A stretch of 57,346 nt of DNA, from contig WELA01001098.1 of the NCBI GenBank assembly GCA_009602735.1, forward strand, positions 10,469 through 67,814. Direction: 5' to 3'. Shown one piece after another: positions 47,397 to 57,346 of this stretch. This DNA comes from Mesotaenium endlicherianum. Lineage: Eukaryota. A program made the translations under genes and the position numbers. The notes beneath the pieces are model-generated. The model was not told the DNA's origin and did no database searches. It worked only from the letters and a program-made list of their open reading frames with translations. Every line of letters starts with the position of its first letter. The first letter of the stretch is position 1.

Positions 47397-48945
47397 CTAG
47401 GAGCTCTGCACGTAAGCAGAGACGGGAATTCGGACCTCGAGGCCCTTCTCACTCATCCAGGTGAGGCTCCCGTGGGCCCAATAGGGATCCGCCGGGACCG
47501 CGCGCCGGATGAGCTGGATCTCGACGGTGCGCGAGGCGCCGGGCGCGATGGAGAACGTTCCAGGGATCACCGCGATCTCAACACCTGGCGGGTTGCCCAG
47601 CCAGGCCTGGTAGTGCTCGGTGACGGGCGAGACGGAGCGCAGCACGCGGCGGAAGGCGACAGATGTCGCGCCGAGGGAGGGGCACGCGAGGCTCGGCAGG
47701 TTGAGCTCGCGCGCGCTGAGGGGCGACACGTCCGCGGGGATGAAGAAGTTGCGCGCGGCCCGCTCGGGGTCGATGCCCAGCAGGAAGCGCACCATCTCGT
47801 CTCGTGAGCTGTCGTAGACAAGGCCGGGGTTGAGGCTGCTGGCGGGGTCGAGGCAGCCCGAGCCTGCCTCGAAGGGCGTGGAGGCCACGCCACCTGGCAG
47901 CGAGCCGATGAGGCGGCGCGTGCTGTCGCGCCGGCGCGCGGACGTCACGAGCGCGGACTTGACGGCGAACGTGCTCCATCCGGGGTGCGCCTGGCGCACG
48001 AGGGCGGCTGCACCGGCGACATGTGGCGCCGCCTGGGAGGTTCCCGAGAGCACGTTGGCCGTCATGGGCGCGCCGCGCAGCGTCTGGTCGCCGGTCCACG
48101 CGCCCCAGATCTCGACACCTGGCGCCGCCAGGTCGGGCTTGAGCACGTAATTGAGGCTGCTCGTGGGCCGCGCGCCCGTGATGGGGCCACGTGTCGACGT
48201 GCTGTCGATCATGGGGGCCCGCTCCATGTAGGTGGCGACATTGGCAGAGATCATTGCAAGCGGCCTGCACCGCCGCCCGGAATCATTTTAAGTTTTTTTT
48301 CCCCGGAAGTTGAGAGTCAGTCTGCAGGTCGTGTCGGCCGCAGGCACTGCTCGACTCTCCAGTTTCTTAACTTTTTGGGAGGAGACCTCTTGAGCCTTGG
48401 GACTGAGACATACAAGGAATTAGCGTTTTCGGCGGCAAGGAATCGAGTCAAGCGGACTACATGTCGGGGAAACTTAACGCTGTCGGGGATTATAGGGGCA
48501 GAGTTCCAAAGAAAAAAAGTCCTACATTTAATTTGAGAAATCCTATTCACGTCTCAGACTGGGGTAAAGCCCTTAGAAATCTCCCTAAAAGCACAACTAC
48601 TTACTCACTTGAAGCCCCTCAGGGGTTCGGTATGAAGATAACTGCCCAAGGGTGCAAGGTTTGGCACAGGCCTGTGGTGAGGGGCACTTAGGTTTTAAGA
48701 AGCTAAAGCTGACAGGTGTGCCTGCTGAGAGTCTCTGCAACTGGCCCTTCAGCAAGCAGGTGGGGGAAGGAGACATGGGGTAGTCTAGAGGGGAAGGGAG
48801 TTGCGTGGAGCGCAGACAAAGACAGATACAAGCGCACACTTGCAGACGCGCGTGCGCGCGCTCGCACACATACATACATACGTGCGCAGACGAACGCGCA
48901 CAGATACATGCACATACACACACACCCGACACACAAATGAACATG

Positions 48946-48979
<34 letters not shown>

Positions 48980-51900
48980 CAGTGCACGTGTGGGTGGGCG
49001 TATATAGATGTCCATTTGTTTGGGACATGAGGAAGAATGCTCCATGTGGATCTCCTCTTTCAATACTTTGAGTTAAACTTGACAGCTGGCTGCGGGCATC
49101 TGCAGAAATGAGAATGATGAGGAACAGAGCAAGTAGAGGAGGCGCAAGTGCATTCAAAAATTAAATTAAAAAGAGGGAGTACGCATATGGTAGCAACACC
49201 ACCGGAGGGAGAAGGGAGACAAGCATGCGGATGAGGAGGGGGGAAGGAGGAAGGACGGTAGGGAGCATAGGCTGGCAGGTGACCAGATTGCACACGAGGC
49301 ATCACAGACGCCAGCTGTCATTGTCACTCACGTCCTCGCTGAGTTGGCGTACTCGATGATCTCGCCCCCGTCGCTGTACCCCACGCTGACAGCTGGCAGC
49401 CTGTGGAAGTCAGACGGGGTCGTGAAGGGGTCGCGGATCTCGCTGACGAGGATCATGCCGCTGCCACCCGCGTCGAGCACGGCCTGCCCTTTCTCGACGG
49501 CGTGATTGCCGCCCATGTTGCAGATCACGATCTTGCCGCCGACTCTGGCGGGGTCGAGGGTTCCGGGATAGCACTGGGCCGCGGCTGAAGGCTGTGGAGA
49601 AAGAAATGAAGAATTTGATCAGCTATCAGTACTACATAAAGACATCAAGAATTATATATTAATATATACATATATATATATATATGTGTGTTTAAACATA
49701 TTTTTGTATATACATCTTTAAATTTAAAAATAAAATAAAAATATATATATATATATATATATATAAAATGGGCATCAATAATTTAGATACAAGTATATAT
49801 GCAATGAGTGACTAAAGTAGCGAAGGATGGCCTCTGAGGGCTGTGGTTAGCACAAATCTAAACATGAGTGCATAGGAGGTGAGAGAATAATTAATGCGAT
49901 CCCTAACGTGATAGTGATTCAGATTTGGGATCCGGAGAAATGTGGGTTGTGTTGGTCTTCCTACGCAACAACGACACATGTCAAGTATCTGTCCTCCCCT
50001 AAGAGAGCTCGCTGTGCCTGGTGGAGGCCACCCACATGGGAGGAGGGCCCTTGTCTGCGACGCCTTCACTCAAAGCGATAGCTGGCTGCTGCTAAGCAGG
50101 GGAGTCAATGGAAGGAGGCCTTGCGCCAGCGACACCTGTCAGTCAAAGGGAGAGCTGGCTGCTGCTAATGAAGGGCGTCACGGAAAGGAGATGAGAGGTG
50201 GAGAGAGCTCACATCGACGATGCCGAGGGCGGCGCGCGTGGAGGTGATGAGGGGCAGGGGGATGGGGCCGGTGCCAGCTGTCCAGCTCGTGCCGGGGTAC
50301 TTCGAGGCGGATGCGTCGGAGAGTGTGACTGTGTGGGAGTACTTCCTGTCCGTGGTTCTGTTCCACAGAAACAAAAATGGGAGCGGAGGGGAGCGAAGGA
50401 GGAAAGGAGGGAGGGAGGGAGGGAGAAAGGAGGGAGAAAGGGAGGGANNNNNNNNNNNNNNNNNNNNNNNNNNNNNNNNNNNNNNNNNNNNNNNNNNNNN
50501 NGGGAGGGAGGGAGAAAGGGAGGGAGGGAGGGAGGGAGGGAAGGGGGGGGGGAGATAAGAAAGGGAGGGAGCAAGGAAGCGAGTGGGGGGGGAAACGTAG
50601 GCCCCTCGAGAGTCATGCGGGGGACGCTCTGGCCTGCTTTCTCTTCGCCACCTCGAGTACCTCCAGGCTCTCATCTCTTACGAGTATCAGAAATTCACTA
50701 CTCAGGCGATTTGTCGAGGACCTAATCTTAGGGTGTGGCCTTATGCGTTTGGACTAAGTCAGGCTGGGTACTGTTCAGACACGCCAAAAATTCTTAGCCT
50801 GGATAAGGAGGGGCTGTTGGTCAAACTGCCAGGGGAGGAGGTGCCATCAATTCACTGAATTCAGCAGACTGGGCTAGCTAAGAATCGTCACCTCTTGACA
50901 CCAACTTAAGCAACCAGGAGGAAATAAGATGAGGAGGAGGAGGAGGACGAGGAGGGGGGGGAGGGAGGAGGTGCGAAGCGAAGAAGGGGGGGAGGAGGGG
51001 GAGGAGAAGGGAGGGAGGAGGAGGCAGAGGAGGTGCAGGATGATAAGCACAAGGAAGAGGAAGCAGAGGAGAAGGAAGTGCAGCAGAGCATGCTGGAGGA
51101 GGAGCAAGAGGAGCCGGAGCCGGAGCAGGAGTGGGAGCAGGAGCAGGAGCAGGAGCGGGAGCTGGAGCGGGAGAAGACGTGAAAGAAAGGAGGGAGCAGG
51201 AGGGGGGAGAATTCGACACCCACGTAGAGGCCACGGTGAGCTGCCAGGGGGCTGAGTTCTTCATGGCGCCAGGTGTCGTGCCGTCGTTGCCCGCCGCGCA
51301 TACGGCCAGGATGCCCGCCTGCGCCGCGCACACAGACACTCACAGAGAGGAGCCCAGGCTGTCAGTCCTACGCTGTGAAGGTTTACGTTTTACCAAAAAT
51401 TACTCTCTTATATGCACACACCTGTATGCCAAATGACCAATCAACTGCATCAAGTGAACCACCGCGACGGTGACACGTGGCGGATCTGTCAGCCCAGTGC
51501 CTGAAGACGTAAGTCAGAGCGAAGAGAGGCGGGCGCGGAGCGGGAGAAGGACAGAAAGAAAGAGAATGCTGCTTAAAGAGAGCGCCACCTAATTGTGGTA
51601 GCTTGCACCCTCAGCCTTGGCCTCCCATGAAGCGGACAGGGGTGCATCGGCAACAAAGAGTAATTTCTGTTTGGGCGGCAGCAGCAGCAGCAGCAGCAGC
51701 AAAGGGCAAGAAGCAAGAATCGAAGATGAAGTCAAAATTGTGAACGTGTGGCGATGCGATCAGGTCTTAGGGACGTTCTTAAATTCTTTGACAAGTTTGA
51801 GGCCACGCCAGATTGAGTCAAGGTCAAGTTGACGCTGAAGGTAGCGCCAGGTCAGCGACAAGCCACATCATCGAGTCAATGTTAGTCCAATCAGTCAACG

Positions 51901-54900
51901 CCAGAGCGGGATTCACGGTGGTGGCCTCCAGGAGGGCGATCTCAATACAAGTCGCAATACAGGTCAATGCTGGTCAACACTGGTCAACTTGGGTCAGCAG
52001 AGGCCAGCGCCGGTCAAAGTGGCACAACATGGTACTCACGGTGGTAGCCTCCAGGAGGGCGATTTCAATCAAGCCCATGAAGTCGGTGCCGGCCCCGATG
52101 GAGAGGTTGATGATGTCGACGCCGTCGGATGCCGCCTGGTCCACGGCCGCCCACGTGTCGACAAGCGTCGCCGCCTGGTGCCCGCTCTCGTGCGTCCACA
52201 GCACCTTGTAGACTGCCAGGCGGGCGCGCGGTGCGACACCTGTTGCCTTTCCGTAGTTCACCCCGTTGGCGGAGATCGAGTACGCGTGCGCCGCTGCTAT
52301 GCTGTTTTTTTATCAAGTGCCAGACAGGAAGCGGGGAGGGGGGGGCGGGAGGAGAAAGGCCGGGAAAGGGAAAGGCAAAGGGGGAGGGGGAGGGGGAGAG
52401 GGGGCAAGAGGAAAACACGAGACAGACAAAAGAGGCGTCAGTCTCAGAGGAACTTAAGATTTTAGGAAGAGGTTTGAGAAATTGCGACCGGAGAGGATCT
52501 AGTATTTTGGTCAAGATGTCAGCTCGAGAGGTGAAAGGGGAGCTGCATGAGTTCTGGAGGATCTATTCACTTGCCTGGAAACGTGGGGAGCAGTGACACG
52601 TGACAACAGAATGACAAGGCCCCAATGACAATCACATCAGAGTCAGATGGGCTTGAAATAATTTCCCCGCCGCGCTTTGGTGCAGCTCCCCAGCCATGAG
52701 CGAAGCAAATTAAGTTTTCATTGCTTCCTTTGGTAACGTCAGACCAGGATGTTTCATTAACAAGCGTGTGTGCGTACATGCACGTGAAGTCTGACCTCTG
52801 TAGCGTATCAGCTGAAGAAAGAAGTATAGCACCAGCTGTTGTAAACAGCAGCAGCAGCAGCAGTAATTGCAGCAATTGTAGCAGCAGCACCAGCAGCAGC
52901 AGGAGGAGGAAAACGGAGTGGGGATAAGGGGGCCAGAGGTAATTTCTTGGGGGGTGGGGAGNNNNNNNNNNNNNNNNNNNNNNNNNNNNNNNNNNNNNNN
53001 NNNNNNNNNNNNNNNNNNNNNNNNNNNNNNNNNNNNNNNNNNNNNNNNNNNNNNNNNNNNNNNNNNNNNNNNNNNNNNNNNNNNNNNNNNNNNNNNNNNN
53101 NNNNNNNNNNNNNNNNNNNNNNNNNNNNNNNNNNNNNNNNNNNNNNNNNNNNNNNNNNNNNNNNNAGGGGGGGGGCGGGGGTGGGGCAGGAGGAAGAGGG
53201 TGGGGGGGCGGCCCATGGACACCTGGCAACGTGGGAGCCGTGGCCATTGGAGTCGCGCGGGGACACGTGTTCCACGCCCGCCTTGGGCACGCCGCCTGCG
53301 CGCCGGAAGCCGTCGAGGAAGTAGCTGGCGCCGATGACCTTGCGGTTGCACGCGGGGAAGTCGGGCGTGGTGGCGCACGCGCCCGTCCACCGCGCAGGCG
53401 GGGGGGCGTACCGGTTTGTCAGCTGCGCGTATTACGAATGCTTCAGAAAAGAGGTGAGAATCAAGCATTATCATAAGAGGATCTCAGGGGAGCAGTCTAG
53501 GATGAGCGGAGAAGCTCAGAGTAGAGATCCTGATGCATTTACATTTTTATTTTAATTATATCTCTGGTCATGATCATGTTATTAGTATAATTTTGTTTGA
53601 GCACGTTACTTCAGTATAAAATATTCGTTTTATTAAGCTTCAATGCTTTATACACAGTTTTACCGATAGTAAATTTGTCTGTGTGTGCAGGCATGATCAA
53701 CGTACCGATTCAGAGAACCCCGCATGCTCGGGCCAGATGCCGGAGTCGATGACGCCGATGATGACGTCATCGCCCGCGTGGCTGTAGCCCCCCACCTTCG
53801 GCCAGGTGGCGCCCGACAGGTTGAGGAAGGCGGGCGAGTGCGATGTCTGCGCCATTATCTCAAAGCTGTCGCTCGTCACACTGGCCACTGTGGGATCCGC
53901 CAAGAGCGCCTGCGCCTCGGCAGGTGTCAGCGTAGCGGCGAAACCGTTTGTGAGGTACGTGTAGCTGCGCAGGAGAACATGAATGGGTCATATGTAATTT
54001 TAAAGATGTATAGACATATATGTATACATATATAGGTATTTAGATATGTAGATACATATATAGATAACTATTTTCATATGCGTACTGAGTTGCATGTGCA
54101 AAACGTCATATAGTACTGCTTGCTGATGATAATAAGCGTCACAAATGATTAAAGAAGTGGGCGATTGCAAGAAGCAACTCGTTTTTTGCTCTTCTGTTTA
54201 GCTTGAGAGGTGCTGGTAGGGGTCGATCGAATGCTACCAAGAGGCAAGGGATGAGTGGCTGGTGACGACTTGGAGGATTTACATGTGGATTTGGACGATA
54301 GTTGAATACTTCCACTTCTCTATATAGACATAGATACAACAATGTAGTAATACTATATAATATTATTTTCATATTACTATATTGTCTCATCACTATATCG
54401 TTTTATCAATCATGTATTCATATATATAGATGTACATGCTCGTAACATACATACCTGTAGAACTTGCGCTCAGACGGGATCTTAGCTCTGGCGAGAGTGT
54501 CCACGTGGCTGGCTTTCAGCTGGTCCACATAGGCCTTCACAGGCGCACTGTCGACCTTCGCTCTCAGGCTTGCGCCACCTTGCGTCTTCTCTGCCCCACT
54601 CTTGACAGCTGGCAGAAGCGCCTTGTGGGTCACCACAGGTGAGGCTCCCTTGAGGCGCACCAGATAGGCTGCATGCAAAACAAATAAAAAAGAATTCTTA
54701 ATTTGTGCATTGGGGTTAATTTTTGGCACAACAGGTGCTTGCAGGGCCAACAGCCAGAAAACTACGAGTCAGCAATTGGCGCCACGAGCTGTCACCTCAC
54801 AACGTCGCATGCTGACTCCTCATCTTGCCGAAAATCTTCACACTCTTCTTGCATGCAATAGTAACTGGTTTCTACTACATGCATGCATGATGTTGAATTG

Positions 54901-55211
54901 CAGAAGTACGGGATTTCGTGACCTCAAACTTACAGGCAAAGAATGCATGAGCGCCACGTGCCAATACTGCATGCCTGTCAAATTCACGAGGAGCGCTATG
55001 CGTATAGTGGCCTGGTCATGCTCTTGTGAATGAACGTCAGCCCACCGTTCCTAGTCAGCAGTACGTAGCCCAGGTCATCCGTACCTGAGTGACCTTCGGA
55101 GTCTTGCATGGGAAGGGCAAGCGCGAAGCTCACAGTCAGCAGCAGACTGAAAGCCCCACGCAGCAGTAGCACTGCGCCTCTTCCACGGTCGCCATGTACT
55201 TGTCGTCCCAT
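47397..55211 (-). CDS. Plant-type subtilisin-like serine protease (S8A: signal, I9 propeptide, catalytic domain, PA, Fn3-like), 809 aa
   Basis: Nine phase-consistent exons: 55211-55085, 54668-54455, 53964-53706, 53422-53223, 52301-52040, 51318-51224, 50357-50213, 49591-49332, 48264-47397 (2430 nt in total). Motifs: YTYLTNGFAA (I9), QTSHSPAFLNL (mature start), GVIDSGIWPE (Asp), DSNGHGSHVAS (His), AAGNDG (oxyanion Asn), GKIVIC (PA), KPDLAAPG, SGTSQAAPHVAG (Ser), LNPGLVYD, LNLPS. Confidence 0.95.
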
Positions 55212-56367
55212 ACTTTGAAGCCGCTTTAAAAAGATTGTCTTTTGACGTATGTAGAAAGCGCCTCACGCCCCAGACGTAATTAAGTCACCGCAGGAGAGAG
55301 CTCAAAGCGGCTAGCAAATGGCAGAGAATCTAGTGAGAATGCTGTGGTAATTCAATACAACCGAGGACATCAGCTGAAAATATGTCTCGAGTTAATGAGT
55401 GGGGTCGATGTCAGGCCCAAACAGAGGAGCCAAAAGCGAAAAATATGCAGTAGTGTGCTAGAAGGGGCAATTCGCCCGGAGCTCCATAATTAAGAGTGCT
55501 TTTCTTGTTTATTATACCGACGCTCCCAGCTGTACTCAACTTCGGTGCTAATGCACGAAGGTTCACTTGGTGCGACTTAAGCCGTTCGGTTACGTCCAGT
55601 CAGGGACTGGACAGGACTGGTAGTATTTTGCGCAGGACGGACGCAGTTCGGCATCGATCGGTGTCGTCTGGGCCCTGGGGCAGCCTGCGAACTTGACTTT
55701 AGGGTCAAGGTTCAGCTCCTGGACGGCTCGTGCTAATATTAACACTTTGCCATTTGTTGCTATCTTTTGCTATTTGTTGGCAATATTATTGTCGCTAATG
55801 TTGCTACTTGGAAATGGAAAACATCGGTCAATAAAAGGTGACTCGCGTGGTCCGCGCGACGAACGAACGCATGCTTTGATTTAAATTCGAGATTGTCCTG
55901 TCCTAGTTTCAAGTGATTCTAACAGATCTTCAGAAAATTTGACAGCGCTCGAAAGGCGTTGACCTGTGAAAGCTTTTTTCGGCAAGGTCGGTACCAGGTT
56001 GGTCCCGAGGTCGTCGCGGCTTGTCGATTTTCAGATGAACCGCCCCGAGGACCTTTCGGCCCTCGTGTGTAGTGGTTAATTGTCGAAGCGTGCCTCTGCT
56101 CACTCGAGCATGTTATTTAAAGAAGAGCAACTCGCCTTGTCAGTGTCATCTCTTTCCTTCGGCTGTAAGGAATCATCGTTCAAGGCGGGTCATCTATCAT
56201 TATCCATCCAGCTACGTACTGTCGCAGTTTTACGAGAACATAGTAGAAAGTAGTAAAAAAGAGTGTAGCAGGTCAACTTGCACGCGTGGTTCCTCATACA
56301 TTTAATTCTGTTTAAATTATTGATACTTCTGAGAGCTGGGAGCTGAGAGCTGAGGAAGTCAGCAGAA

Positions 56368-57042
56368 ATGAGAAAAATGTCACAGTGTGTCCTTAGAAGA
56401 AGCGCTGGCTCTACGTTGGGGATCGTAAGCCTGCTGCTCTCTTTTACCGTCGTGTTTGCCCTCCCTATGCAAGACTCGGACGGCCGCTCAGGTATATTAA
56501 CATATACATTCAAGACCACACATTCTCTACATGTAATCTTTTTGTACTGCTACCTTGTTTTCTTCGTGGCATATTTCATGAATGAATTTTCAGGAGACCT
56601 TACCACTCTTTCTCTTAGTATGCATATATGATCAACAGATACTTGCAAGTCTCATTCGAACAGAGAATAAAGCACCTGGCAGGGAGTAATGTACGAACAT
56701 TTTACGTCCGAAGGTTGTCAGGAGAGGATGACAGATGCATGCAATAAGTGTTTGACGATATTATTTACAACTTAACGAATGTGTACATGTGGCTGCCGTA
56801 TATGTGTGCTCCTCAGCTTACCTGGTGAGGATGAAGGGGGCGCCATCTGTGCTCGCCAAGTCAGCACTCTCGCCGGACCTCTTCCCGCGTCAAAAGCTCA
56901 GTGCGGCTCTGGAGCAGAGGGGCAAGAGCGCCAGCCTGGACCTCAAGAGCGCATCTGTGAAAGCGTTTGTTGCTGACCTGGAGAAGGGCCACTCTGAGGT
57001 TCTGGCCAAGGCCAAAATCCCATCTCTCCACAAGTTCAAAAG
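56368..57042 (+). CDS. Second subtilase paralog, 5' part only (signal peptide and I9 propeptide); continues beyond the window
   Basis: Exons 56368-56491 and 56817-57042. ALPMQDSDGRS/AYLVRMKGA..VKAFVADLEKGHSEVLAKAKIPSLHKFK aligns to ALPMQDSEGHS/AYLVRLKGA..VKAYVDQLKASHVDTLARAKIPSERKFY of the minus-strand gene. Intron positions and phases (1, 2) are identical. Confidence 0.85.
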
Positions 57043-57346
57043 GTACATGCGCGCTGTGGTACTTAGCACATCTGTGTGTGTATATTATGTATATATATAA
57101 TATATGTATATATGTATAGAGATATATATAAATTTCTATTCATATATACATATATTTATATATTTATATACATATATAGGGTACATGTAAGTGGATTTGT
57201 CTTTAAGCATACCTAGCACTGAATATACCAATATATATTGACCAGAGTCATACTTCGAGACTTTTTCTTTCATGTGCATACTCGAAGTCAGCATCTCCTT
57301 CTCGCTTGCAATCTACCTCCTACCCCCCAAACCAAACCCCCACCCC

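Noticed and set aside
47472..48536. Antisense and alternative-frame ORFs over the last subtilase exon
   Set aside because: Shadow ORFs of a GC-rich coding exon.
50874..51343. PAPAPA, poly-Ser and poly-Arg ORFs
   Set aside because: Low-complexity purine/pyrimidine tract in subtilase intron 6.

Overview
Eukaryotic, intron-rich genomic DNA with GC-rich exons, microsatellite-rich introns and several N-gaps. The genes look plant-like, so a streptophyte alga is likely (inference only). I built gene models by hand from GT-AG junctions and phase continuity: (1) a secreted nucleoside phosphorylase/MTA-nucleosidase-superfamily gene (+, from 12541); (2) ORC6 (-, 31140-20334, 11 exons, one a 23-nt microexon), head-to-head with (3) an Abraxas/FAM175-like gene (+, 33180-35043); (4) a young, full-length Ty3/gypsy chromovirus (35116-41791, 503-bp LTRs, CTTTT TSD) inserted 72 bp after the Abraxas stop; (5) an orphan secreted Pro/Lys-rich plus 24-Cys protein (+, 43931-44547); (6) a probable LTR-element fragment with a tRNA-type PBS (about 44860-46000); (7) a complete 9-exon subtilase (-, 55211-47397) with an unusual GTSQA motif, head-to-head with (8) a paralogous subtilase cut off by the window end. 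The first 12 kb looks like decayed repeat/TE sequence. The most notable signals are the novel Cys-repeat secreted protein beside a subtilase pair, and degenerate copies of exon ends sitting in adjacent introns of three different genes. All family assignments come from motif recognition; no database searches were run.
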